From an uncultured Acidobacteriota bacterium (GTDB lineage Bacteria; Acidobacteriota; UBA6911), in assembly GCA_963718845.1 (NCBI GenBank), contig CAVRAD010000006.1, positions 343,815 to 407,814 of the forward strand: a stretch of 64,000 bases of DNA. The letters are read 5' to 3'. The translations under genes and the position numbers were made by a program. Under the pieces are notes generated by a model, which ran no database searches, was not told the DNA's origin, and saw only the letters and a program-made list of their open reading frames with translations. This document shows, in pieces, positions 1-10,298 of the stretch; the first letter of the stretch is position 1; each line of letters begins with the position of its first letter.

Positions 1-2103
1 CGTATTTTCTCCGCCTGTGAATAAACGCTCAAAAAATGGAACGAACGAACCGCCATAGGCCTTGATGGTTTGCACCTGCACATGGAATGCGAATATGTTG
101 CGTCCGCGACTCAGCCATTTGTCCCGGAAAAAATGGCGATATTCAACGAGCGGGCGAATCATCTGGAAATCACCGCCAAGCAATCCTCCCGAGATTGCAG
201 TTGAAATCTGGAGACTGCTGCCTCGGGAGGGTTGGTAATATTGGTCTGTTGAGTTGTAGCTCAAGCTCGGCGTAACTTCGCTTCGGATAATTCCACTGAT
301 CCCCCCCGAAGTGTCCCCGGCGGGATAGTACCCGTAGAACTGGCTCAGAGCATAATACTCATACCCTGGAGCAATATCGTCTACTGCAATTCTCTGACGG
401 CTGTAGCTGGCGCCGAATGTCCATAGGGAACGGCTCAAGCGACGGCTCATTGAGATTGTGGCGCCCAGAGTTTTTTGTGAGAACAGCGTCGCTGCATCGC
501 CGCTTGGGTTTGTCACGCCGTAGGAGGTATAGGTGTCGTAACGATAGATCCTGTTGTAGACCGATGCCCCCAAGCTCCACTTGGTGTCGAGAAGATAAGG
601 CTCAGAAAACGAGAATACGAAATCCTTGGCCCGGGAGCCTGCGGTAATGTTGACTTGCACCGCTTCTCCCCTGCCCATAAAGTTGTTGTCCGAGTAGTTA
701 ACCCCAATGAAGCTGCCCGAAATTCCGCTGATGCCTCCTGTAAAGCCTATCGATCTCTGGCTCTTTTCTTTCACCGTGACATCAACATCGACGAGGCCGG
801 TTTTATCGTCAGGTTTGACTTCATAATCGCTTTCTTCGATCTTTTCGAAAAAGCCCAATTGATTCAATCGCAAAATTGAATGCTCCAGCGCCTGGCTGCT
901 GAAAATCCTGCCTTCTTCCAGGACAAGTTCCCGGCGAATTACCTTGTCCCGCGTCTTGGTGTTTCCCAGAAACTGGATAAATCGCACGAAAAACTGCTTG
1001 TCCAGCTGAAACTCGAATGACATATTGACGGTTTTGTCTTTGGGCTCGGCCGACATTTCGGAGAGGTAGGTCCAGTTGATATAGCCGTAAGCGCCGTAAA
1101 GCTTTTTGATCTGATCGAGCGTGTCCTTGATTTTTGTGTTATTTACTATATCGCCGGTTTTCAATCCAAACATATTCACAAGAACTTCGCACTTGAAAGG
1201 ATCGCAGTTCTTCAGCTCAAGCTTCCCGATCCGGAACTGATCTCCCGCATCAATCGGTATTTCGATATAAAATTGCTGTTTCGTTTTCCCCATCATGGGA
1301 ATCGCACCGCGTGGCCCTTCAAAGATACGAGTCAACGGCTCTCCCACCTGGACATACTGGTACCCGCGTTCTTTGTAATAAGCCTTCAAATTCATTTCAA
1401 TATCGTAGTCGAGCTTTTCTTTATGGTACTTGTCGGTGCCCTTGAACATCGTCATCATGCTTCGCTGCTTATTGAGCTTCAGGGAGTCTCTCAGTTCTGC
1501 ATCGTTAAATATCTTGTTTCCGACAAACCGTATCTCGCCGATGCGGACCTTGGGGCCTTCTTCTGTAATAAAGCGCACCCGCACGCCGGACGGAGGCAGA
1601 TTGTCGACCTCCGATCGAACGGTTCCCAGCGGCCTTCCGTTTTGCAGCAGCAATCCCTTCAATGCGCGTTTTGCAGCCTCGATCTTCGAAGGATCGAACT
1701 GGCTGTCGATGGTGAGCCCCACCTTCCTTTCCTTGAATTCATCAAGGATGTTGGACTCGGTAAAAGATTTATTGCCAATGTACTCGAGTGCCCGGATCAG
1801 CGGTTTTTCTTTTAAGATAAATATGATGACCTTGCCCGCGTCCCCGTCCCGCTCCTGGATTTCGATGTTTTCGAAAAAACCAGCCTTTTGAACAGCACGC
1901 AGGTCAGATTCCAGGCGTTCTTCGCTGTATACATCGCCGGGTCGGGATTGAATGTAGAATCGAATCGTCTCTTCAGGGATTCGCCTGTTGCCCCGGATAT
2001 CGATTCGCTCGATGGTAGTCTCCCCAATTGTCTGTGCGAAGACCGCGGAGCTTGCCAAAAGGAATCCGAGAAAACAAACTCCCAATTTTGCCGATATAGC
2101 CAT
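1..2103 (-). CDS. bamA: Outer membrane protein assembly factor BamA (N-terminus, POTRA repeats and start of the barrel; the C-terminus runs off the window at position 1)
   Basis: My own minus-strand translation from the ATG at 2103 (GGAGGA just upstream) stays open to position 1. It shows a signal peptide (MAISAKLGVCFLGFLLASSAVFA) and POTRA-type segments (IERIDIRGNRRIPEETIRFYI, IGEIRFVGNKIF, FVRFIQFLGNTKTRDKVIRREL). Barrel-type KEKSQRSIGFTGGISGISG and ERLFTGGENT follow. The ORF is absent from the supplied track because it has no in-window stop. Confidence 0.9.
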   Translation of the reverse strand, partial: MAISAKLGVCFLGFLLASSAVFAQTIGETTIERIDIRGNRRIPEETIRFYIQSRPGDVYSEERLESDLRAVQKAGFFENIEIQERDGDAGKVIIFILKEKPLIRALEYIGNKSFTESNILDEFKERKVGLTIDSQFDPSKIEAAKRALKGLLLQNGRPLGTVRSEVDNLPPSGVRVRFITEEGPKVRIGEIRFVGNKIFNDAELRDSLKLNKQRSMMTMFKGTDKYHKEKLDYDIEMNLKAYYKERGYQYVQVGEPLTRIFEGPRGAIPMMGKTKQQFYIEIPIDAGDQFRIGKLELKNCDPFKCEVLVNMFGLKTGDIVNNTKIKDTLDQIKKLYGAYGYINWTYLSEMSAEPKDKTVNMSFEFQLDKQFFVRFIQFLGNTKTRDKVIRRELVLEEGRIFSSQALEHSILRLNQLGFFEKIEESDYEVKPDDKTGLVDVDVTVKEKSQRSIGFTGGISGISGSFIGVNYSDNNFMGRGEAVQVNITAGSRAKDFVFSFSEPYLLDTKWSLGASVYNRIYRYDTYTSYGVTNPSGDAATLFSQKTLGATISMSRRLSRSLWTFGASYSRQRIAVDDIAPGYEYYALSQFYGYYPAGDTSGGISGIIRSEVTPSLSYNSTDQYYQPSRGSSLQISTAISGGLLGGDFQMIRPLVEYRHFFRDKWLSRGRNIFAFHVQVQTIKAYGGSFVPFFERLFTGGENT

Positions 2104-2244
2104 CCATCCTCCCGTCAGCCGGCGCTATGCGAAAAATTAAACCTGTATCTTAGATAAAAAAAACCGCGAAATCCAGCCCGAGTCTTGTTAATCCACATTA
2201 TTCATTAAGCTTCTATTGCAGGGTCGGATCCTGAAACGTCCATT

Positions 2245-2370
2245 CAGGTTGCACGTTGAACGTTACAGGTTACAGGTTACAGGTTACAAGACGCAAGTCG
2301 TAGGCTAACGCTCGGAACCTGCAATGTGGAACCTGCAACGTGCAACCTGTAACTCGAAGCCTGTAACCGT
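2245..2370. repeat. Imperfect inverted repeat built from GTTACAG heptamers (hairpin array)
   Basis: The left arm contains GTTACAGGTTACAGGTTACAGGTTACA preceded by ggttgcacgttg. The right arm (cctgcaacgtgcaaCCTGTAACtcgaagCCTGTAACc) is its imperfect reverse complement. The array lies between the clpC stop and the bamA start. Confidence 0.75.
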
Positions 2371-2491
2371 CGAACTCCGTTATAGACTCCACTTAGGGCA
2401 AAGTGTTCAATTATTTTTCCGGCGAGGAAAGCCTCTAAAAGACGGGCTTCCAACGTTTCCGTGCCACAGCTAAGCCAGGGAGAATTCCCCT

Positions 2492-4929
2492 TCATCGGAG
2501 CTTTATGCCGGAAGCGCTCTGATCTCCGCCGGGGATGTAGAAGAGGCTGTCATCGTGGAGATAGATCTCAATCCTTGAATCCGGAAGGATTCGATTCTGG
2601 ATGATCGCTTCCGAGAGCGGGTCTTCGATATATTTCTGAATCGCCCTGCGAAGAGGTCGCGCGCCGTACGAGCGGTCATGGCAGGTCTTGTCTACTATCC
2701 ACTTGCCCACTTCGGGACGTAGCACAATAAAAAGCTTTTTCTGCTTCATAACCTCATTGACTGCGCAAATGAGGAGATCCACGATTTTTACCAGGTCGTC
2801 ATCTGTAAGGGCCTCGAAGAGTATGATCTCGTCCAGCCGGTTGAGGAATTCGGGATTGAAAATTCGTTTGACCTCGCTTTGGATCAATGCTTCGGTCCGC
2901 CGGGCATCGCCGTCTTTCCCGGTTTGAAATCCCATCAGTCCGCGCTTTTCAAGAAAGCGAGCTCCGATATTGGAGGTCATGATGATTGTCGTGTTTTTAA
3001 AATCGATCGTGCTGCCCAGGGAGTCTGTGAGCTGCCCGTCCTCAAAAACCTGCAGCAGAATATTGTAAACATCGGGGTGCGCCTTTTCGATCTCATCCAG
3101 TAACAACACTGAATAAGGATTGCGCTTGACCCTCTCCGTCAGTTGCCCGCCTTCTTCATAGCCGACGTACCCCGGCGGCGATCCGATCAGCTTGGAAACC
3201 GAATGCTTTTCCATGTATTCCGACATGTCGAGCCGGATCATCGCGCTTTCGCTTCCGAATAGGAAAGCGGCCAGCGATCGTGCCATTTCCGTTTTGCCCA
3301 CACCCGTAGGGCCAAGGAAAAGGAAAGAGCCGACCGGTCGTTTGGGAGACTTCAGTCCTGCCCGGGATCTCCGGATCGCCTTGCTCAGAGCGGCTATTGC
3401 CTTGTCCTGGCTGATGATTCGCTTGTGCAGCTCCTCTTCCATGCGGAGGAGCTTGGCCATCTCCTCTTCGTGGATCGATGCTGCCGGGATGCCTGTCCAT
3501 TTGGCTATGACTTCTTCAATATCTTCACGGGCAACCTTGAGAGGGGGCACTGTCTTTAATTGCCATCGCTCCCGGATGACCTGCAGATTCTCCTGCTCCA
3601 GTTCTTCTTCAATCCGATAGCGTGCAGCCTGCTCAAATTCATGGGCGGAAATCGGCGCTCTCGACCCGATCTTCAATAGTCCGGATTCTCCGCTGAATAG
3701 TGTCCTTGTCATCAGGGGCAGAGGCCCTTCTCAGTTTGACTCTGGCACCGGCTTCATCGATGAGGTCGATAGCCTTGTCGGGCAGGAACCGGTCGGAAAT
3801 GTAGCGGTTTGAAAGATAGACCGATGCCTCTAGAGCTTCGTCGGTGTATTCCACTTGATGGAAGCTCTCATATTTTTCTTTGATGCCGTTCAGGATCGAA
3901 ATGCTCTCCTGTTCGGATGGAGGGGGGACTTTTATGGATTGGAACCGGCGCTCCAGGGAACGGTCCTTTTCGATGGAACGACGATATTCATAGGGCGTCG
4001 TGGATCCTATGCACTGGATTTCGCCACGGGACAGCGATGGCTTCAGGATATTGGCGGCATCCAGGGAGCCTTCGGCCGATCCGGCACCCACCAGCGTGTG
4101 GAGCTCATCGATAAAGATGATCAGGTCCCGGTTCTCCATCAACTCCTTCATGATCGTTTTCAATCGCTCTTCAAACTGGCCGCGATATTTCGTTCCTGCA
4201 ACGATGAGAGAGATGTCGAGAGCGAGAATTTTTTTGTCCAGAAGCGGTGGTGGCACCTGGCCGCCCACGATTCTCTGGGCCAGGCCTTCCACAATAGCTG
4301 TTTTGCCAACACCCGGTTCTCCGATGAGCACCGGATTGTTTTTGGTCCTGCGGCAGAGAATCTGGATCATACGCTCGATTTCCGTCTCTCTGCCGATCAA
4401 TGGATCCAGGGCGTCGATGCTGGCGGCCTCCGTCAAATCCCTGGAAAACTCGGCCAGGCTCAAAGGCTCCTTGGACCCGGCCGGGAGCGTGCTTTTCAGA
4501 CAAGCCGCGGCTCAACTCCTCGCGGACAGTCTTGGGGCGGAATCCATGCTCTCTCAGAATTTCAGCCGCGACAGATTTTTCCTCGCGCAGCAGTCCCAGG
4601 AGGATGTGCTCGGTTCCGATGTGTTTGTGAGAAAGGCGTTCCGATTCTTCGGCGGCGCTGTTCAAAGCCCGCTTGCATTCCTCAGAGAAGGGCAAGTCCA
4701 CGGACGTTGATACCTTGCCGCGGATCAGCGTGCGGCCCTCGATTTCTTTGCGGATATCCTGAATAGTTGCGCTGGCTCTTGGGATGAAACGGGCAGTCAG
4801 ATTCCGGTCTTCGCGAATCAGCCCAAGCAGCAAATGCTCAGTTTCAATCGAGGGGCTGCCGAACTGGCTCGCCTCGTAACGTGCGAAAAAAATTACTCTT
4901 CGAGCCTTTTCTGTGTACTTTTCAAACAT
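2492..4929 (-). pseudogene. clpC: ATP-dependent Clp protease ATP-binding subunit ClpC, interrupted by two frame breaks (pseudogene or assembly indels)
   Basis: Three consecutive minus ORFs (4929-4171, 4463-3639, 3712-2492) together give a complete class-I Clp ATPase. It has Clp_N repeats (MFEKYTEKARRVIFFARYEA, EHLLLGL) and a D1 Walker A ([15 protein letters not shown]). A linker ([20 protein letters not shown]), a D2 Walker A (GPTGVGKTEMA) and a C-terminal GARPLRRAIQ follow. The frame breaks are near 4493-4497 (T4 run on the plus strand) and near 3653-3655. Confidence 0.85.
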
Positions 4930-5097
4930 AAAACAGCGCTCTTCCTCCCTTCAGTATTATACGGATCAATTTGAGAATTGCGAATGACGAATTACGAATG
5001 AAAACAGACAGGTGGAATTGCGGCTGCGATGGGGAGCTATTCGGCAGATTGAATAGGATGGCGGAGATGGGAGCGGACAAGCTATTGAGATTCGTAT

Positions 5098-5258
5098 TTT
5101 ATAGTGACAGTCGACACCGAATTACCGCATCGACGCCTTACCATTACACCATGTGGGCACGGGCTTGAGCCCGTGCAAATAGGCGAAAATTTGGCATGGC
5201 CACATTGTCCGGCTGAAGCCCGGACCCACATGAAAGAGGCGCGGTTGTCACTATATTA
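5098..5258. repeat. Short nested palindromic element related to the 275-bp elements at 29087 and 56592
   Basis: catgtgggcacgggcttgagcccgtgc (5150-) pairs with ccggctgaagcccggacccacatg (-5232). An outer pair is atagtgacag (5101-5110) with ttgtcactat (5246-5255). It shares the CATGTGGG/CCCACATG termini and the GCTT/GAAG-loop mini-hairpins of the larger elements. Confidence 0.55.
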
Positions 5259-6142
5259 AGCAAAACTGAATAGAGTATGATTGAATCAGGAATTGCGAAT
5301 TGTGAGGGAGCATGGGTTCAAGTTATCAAAAATCATAAATCCCGGTTTCCGAAGTAGGAGGCAGCGTATTCGGCCTATCCGCCATGTTTCCGATTGACAA
5401 TTTGCGGGATGCCTGAATAAAATCATGGCAATTGGGGGAGGAGGCAGGGAAAGCCAAGTCCGCTTGCGACCGTGAGCGGTTGGGATATTCCCGGGGCGAT
5501 ACCGCTTTCCCGCATACACATCCTCTGACATCTCCAGGCAGAGGTTTTAGCATGCAACAACGTGATTACCTGATGAGTGAATCGTGCTTGTGCCTATTGA
5601 GACGCTTCAAACAATTTGCGACCAAGGGAGTGACCCATGAATTTACGCAAGAGCTTTGCGACAGCGACGGGTACTACGGATCTTCTCACGATATCGAAGC
5701 AGGATTTAAAAGCTGTCGAGGCGGCTAAGCCTGGCTGGGGCGAAAGACTTCATGGCGGTAGCCAAAGCGGAGTTGCAAAATGCCGTTCTTGCATCGTCGG
5801 CTGAAGCGGCAACAGCGCGGAAATCAGTGCAGGTTTTTCTAGAGCGATACGAAATAGGGACTCGAATAGAGAGGATGGGTTTTGAACGGGCTGCTATGTC
5901 ATCGCGGGTGGCCTTTATAAATGATTCCGAGATCCTGCGACGGCAATCGCAGGTGATGGCTGCCGACCAGCAGAGCCGGACAGCCGGGGTGCCGATCTGG
6001 GGGGGGGTTTGTCATCGGCATCGCCCCAGTGCATTGGCATAGTATAGCTGTTTCTCGCGATCGTATATGATGGGATAATTAGTACCTCATTTGTTGCCTG
6101 GTCGCATCGAGGCATGATTGTCGCAAAAATATTTAGCCGGCC

Positions 6143-6652
6143 GTGTGGCTTCATCTCCAGCGTTCATTCTCGTGCTCAGCGGACTCGTCCGCTTGGCCTT
6201 GTGCGCCCAGCTTGAGACAAGTACTGTCCTGCTTGAGTGCCGTCGATAAAGCAGCCGTAAAACCTATGTCTGGCCACATGCGTTTCGATGGTGATCAAGT
6301 ATTGGGGAGTGGACTCTCTCCTCAGGTTATAACGGACCAATCCCGATATATATGAATGGAGTCACGACAGGATCTGCGCTGTTGTCGAGCGGATTGGATT
6401 CCGGGGTTTTCTGATTAGCCTCCTTTTGAGGACCTTCTGGAACACCTGAAGAAGGGAAGACCTCCCGTGGTGTTATTCCTTTCCCGCGGAAAAAGCCGGC
6501 ATGCGATGGTGCTCGTGGGCTTCGATGCCGGCAGGCAGAATCTCTTCCTCATTGATCCTGCAAACGGAAAAAGAAAATCCTTGGACTACAGGACCTTCCG
6601 GCAAAAGTGGGAAACGGCACAGCGCTGGACCTTCCTGATCGTCCCAAGATGA
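6143..6652 (+). pseudogene. Peptidase C39-like / papain-like cysteine peptidase remnant (frameshifts plus one in-frame TAA)
   Basis: The pieces lie in different frames. There is a signal-like FILVLSGLVRLALCAQ. VPSIKQP*NLCLATCVSMVIKYWG carries the catalytic-Cys-type motif with an in-frame TAA. The C-terminal piece is FEDLLEHLKKGRPPVVLFLSRGKSRHAMVLVGFDAGRQNLFLIDPANGKRKSLDYRTFRQKWETAQRWTFLIVPR (H-containing VLVGFD block). Confidence 0.5.
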
Positions 6653-6672
6653 TGGGCGCGTCAGGAGCAGCC

Positions 6673-8422
6673 ATGCGATTTCTTCACAGGCGCCGGGGCC
6701 TTCTTTCGGCTAACCTCGTATTGATTATCGCCGTAATGGCAGCCGCACAGGACCCTGCCTCCGAACAATCCCTGGAACGGGGAGTTGAACTCCTTCATCA
6801 GACGCGCCCCGCCGAGGTCGAACAGATATAGTACGCCTGGTCCGGTTGGATCCAAACAGCGCCGCCGCACACTATTATCTCGCGCTGAGCCGCGTTGAAC
6901 AGGGGCGAATGGATAAGCGCGCTGGATCGAGCATGTCCTCCGCATCGATCCGCGACACGCAGACGCCTGCTTCGAAATAGCCGGGATTAACATCAAGGCC
7001 GGTGCCTATCCCGCCTCGCTGTCATGGGCAAAGCGCGGACTCCGATTGTCTCCCAGGATTCGTACGGGCTGGATTCGCCGGAACAATAATTTCCTGATAG
7101 ATTCCAAAATAGAAGGGCTGCGTTACTGGAATCGCCTCAACCGGCCTCATCTGACCGAGCTTCAGATCAACGCGACGGATTCCATTCATCGCTCAACGCA
7201 TCGCCGAAGAGATCCATCTCGTTCCCGGCGATCTTCTGTCGGCGCAAGAGATCGATGATGCCCGTTGGCGATTGCGCCAACATCGCTACATCCGGGGCGT
7301 CAAGTTCCGGCCCATGCCGGGAGCGGGACCGACCAGTACGCGCTGGAAATCGATGCGGATACCCGGCGCGGTGTGGGATCGCGGGTGGAGTTTCTCTTTA
7401 ACACCCTCTCCAGCATCGGTTTCCAAACCTGGCGCCTTACCTGGTGGGACATTGCCGGCAGGGGAGTGACGTCCGACCTTCTCTGGCGCTGGAGATCCGA
7501 CGCGCAGCGGATCCAGGTGAATTTTGACATGCCGCGCCCGGTGCATCTCCCTGTTTATGCCGGCGCTTCCTACAACTGGCGTGATGAATCGTGGTACCTC
7601 TCAGGCAATCCCGATCAACCCCAGTCGGATATCCGGCTACGCACGCATGAGGCAGATTGCGATTCCTTCTGCCCTTGAAGGTTCCGCAACTGTCGCTGGC
7701 GACCTCTGTCGTTACCCGGACACGCAGATTCGATTTCCATGGCGCACTTCCTGCTGCCGGAAGCGACGAGGGAGAGGAGGGTCCTGCACCGCTCGATGTC
7801 GCACGCCGCGCATCCTGGTTCCAGCTAGCTCCCGTACTGCAGTTGCGTGAAAGGGAGCCGCAGTCCGTGGCAGGCATAGAGAGCCGGATTCGCGCGGGAT
7901 TGGACATCGGCCGCGCCTGGGATCCGGTCAGCCAGAGGCTTTCGCGATATTCGGTTTCCTGGGAAAACCGGATCGATTGGAGTTCGCAGAGCAAGCTTCA
8001 GCGGACCCTGCTTCTCGGATTGCACGCCGGGTATCTTTCGGAGCCCGGGCTCGCTGAAGATCACTTCATCCTGGGGGTCGGCCCGGATGCCGACTTCTGG
8101 CTCAGGGCGCACCCTTACCTTCGGGAAGGGAAACCGGGGAATACGCCTCTTGCCGGGGAGTTCCTCCTGGGCAACCTGACAATTGCCTCGGATATCAAAA
8201 ACTGGAAGTGGATCAAGAATTGGGATGCTTGCGTTCCTGGATGTCGCGCAGTTGCCGCGTTTATACCCGGGCCAGTCCATTCCACGCGTGCTGGCGGATG
8301 TGGGAATCGGTGTCGAACTGGGGTCGCCGATTGTGCCCTCGCGGCGTTTCACCATTATATGGGGGCACCACACCAGAACCGGCCAAAACGTCTTTTGCCT
8401 GGCTTGCGCCTTGCGTTAAAAG
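6673..8422 (+). pseudogene. TPR / POTRA / Omp85-type surface-antigen protein remnant (multiple frameshifts)
   Basis: Fragments in all three plus frames fit one protein. They include an N-terminal TM (MRFLHRRRGLLSANLVLIIAVMAAAQ) and TPR-like YYLALSRVEQGRMD. A POTRA-like piece reads EEIHLVPGDLLSAQEIDDARWRLRQHRYIRGVKF. Barrel-like pieces include GVGSRVEFLFNTLSSIGFQTW, VYAGASYNWRDESWYL and LADVGIGVELGSPIV. Confidence 0.4.
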
Positions 8423-8455
8423 CGAACTTCCTGTGCGGATATCCGCAATATCCTT

Positions 8456-8881
8456 TTAAGTCACTGCCATTACTAACAAATATATCGAAAGGAAAAGGAT
8501 TATTCCAATGATCACTTTGCCTGCCCCGCCGGACGTTTCTTTCTGCAGATCCAGGCTGATCACTTGTTGATTCAGGCTGAGTATTTCCTCATCACCTAAT
8601 AGCACTACTTCAAAGCTCATCTTCTCCAAATCGCCCCCTGCGTTCAGGATCTCAGCTTTTATATCAGGGCGGGCCAAGAAGTCTTGAATCTGTTTTCGGG
8701 ATTTAGATACTTGTTTTTGGGAGTCCCGGATCAACTGATGGAGTTCAGTCCCGGAAACTGTATGGGGAAAGACGGTTTGCGCAGAGTGTCTCTTGAGCCG
8801 CCGCAACTGAGTCGGCGGCTTGTAGGCCTTGAGTTGTTGTTGCGAAAAACAGCAGTCATCATTGTCAGCAGTGATATGCAA
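8456..8881 (-). CDS. Hypothetical protein with a C-terminal transmembrane anchor
   Basis: 141-aa ORF with a hydrophobic tail (KVIIGIILFLSIYLLVMAVT*). I recognise no family motif and the true start is uncertain. Confidence 0.35.
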   Translation of the reverse strand: MHITADNDDCCFSQQQLKAYKPPTQLRRLKRHSAQTVFPHTVSGTELHQLIRDSQKQVSKSRKQIQDFLARPDIKAEILNAGGDLEKMSFEVVLLGDEEILSLNQQVISLDLQKETSGGAGKVIIGIILFLSIYLLVMAVT

Positions 8882-9351
8882 CTTCGCTTTTTCATCGTAC
8901 CCTCTTTTATCTTATCGGAAAGAATGGCAGCCAACTGTAACGGAGATTATTACAAATGTTGAGATCATTACAAATAACAGGCAACGATGTCACAATATCA
9001 TAAATAGTATTGCTCCAAAAACAAAAGGAAGCTCAAGCGGCACTATAGCATCATCGACTCGGCTTTGGGCAATCGAGGAAGACCGGCGAACGTCTAGAAC
9101 ACGTTCCAGTGGGCAAAGGTGAAGTTGGGCCTGAAGACGACGCTGCGAATACTGCACATCGTACCAATGCGCGGGAGCCGCCCAAATGAACCCGCGCATG
9201 TGATTGCCTCCGCTCGGATTTTGGCCAGCGCCCCGGCCTCGCTGGGCCGAAATCCGTCAGTTTCAGCGTCATTAGAAGCGTGTCTCCCTTTGCGGCATTG
9301 GGAAGATATTCACAGGATGCAGTGTATTCGGTCTATCCGCTGGGCAACTTG

Positions 9352-9993
9352 TTAATTTGCTTCTTTCACTCCGAAGAAATTAAAGAGCTTCCATGGATTG
9401 TTGTAGGCTTTGATATTGAGCTCTTTGGTTTTTTTATCGACCTTAAGCTCGCAAGCCGGTATCAGGACGCCCTTGCTTTTTTCTTTCAAATTGCTCGAGT
9501 CAAGCTCGATGTCGAGGGCAGCCAGATTGTAATCCAGCGAGCGGACATGTGACATTGATTCGACGACCGAGATGGGACGATCCGTGACTATGCGGATTTT
9601 GCGGATGCCCGCGGGGCTATTCGGAAGAAGCCGAACGAACTTCAAGTCGCAGCCCGGCTGACCGGAGATTGAGATGCGCCCGATGGATGGCATTTTTTTC
9701 AATGCTTCGTAGAGACCCTGGCTACCGGATTTTTGAAAGGCCTCAATCAGGGCTTTCCGTTCCTCTGCCGTGCTGTATTTGTTAATTCTAATCGTTAGGC
9801 TGGTAATCGATCCGGACTGAGTACTTGTCCCTTGAGCAGTGCACTGAATGGATTCAGGCCCTTCCTGCGCAGGCTCGCTCTGGCTAAAGCTCAAGGCGAT
9901 TGCGAACGGCAAAAGCACAGCGAAAACTGCGCAGCTGATCGTGAGAGCCCTTCTGGTTTGATTCTTCTTTCCCATTTTATTTGTTCTCCTCAA
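9352..9993 (-). CDS. Hypothetical secreted protein
   Basis: 213-aa ORF with an N-terminal signal peptide (RRALTISCAVFAVLLPFAIALSFSQ). The rest is soluble-looking and I recognise no family. An alternative start is MGKKNQ at 9975. Confidence 0.5.
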   Translation of the reverse strand: MRRTNKMGKKNQTRRALTISCAVFAVLLPFAIALSFSQSEPAQEGPESIQCTAQGTSTQSGSITSLTIRINKYSTAEERKALIEAFQKSGSQGLYEALKKMPSIGRISISGQPGCDLKFVRLLPNSPAGIRKIRIVTDRPISVVESMSHVRSLDYNLAALDIELDSSNLKEKSKGVLIPACELKVDKKTKELNIKAYNNPWKLFNFFGVKEAN

Positions 9994-10298
9994 TAAATTG
10001 TCGCAGCCTATGCCATTGTTAACAGGGATCAGAACATCGCATCGCAGCCGTAGAAAGTTCGAAAGAAATGCGGGCTGGTATGCTGTTAGTTTTGACAGAT
10101 TCCAAGCAATGTCTTTTTAGATATACACTGCAAGACATAGAGTATTACAGGACGACGACCTCAACAAGAAGTAGTTGCGGATCATTGGACGACATTAGGC
10201 TAGTCGCCGAGGCAATGGCATATCGGTCAAAGAACCAAGGCAACGAACGAACCAAGAAGCTGCTAAAAATGCAGGCGTATGAGTTCATTCGTAATTCG

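Noticed and set aside
3855-4766. 303-aa and 236-aa plus-strand ORFs inside the clpC region
   Set aside because: They are antisense to ClpC Walker motifs and are artefacts of the open antisense frame.
9094-9240. Open minus-strand frame of about 50 codons ending ..VVFRPNFTFAHWNVF*, resembling the C-terminal strand of an outer-membrane beta-barrel
   Set aside because: It is too short, has no start codon and no upstream barrel sequence. It is mentioned only as possible debris within the decayed island, not as a feature.
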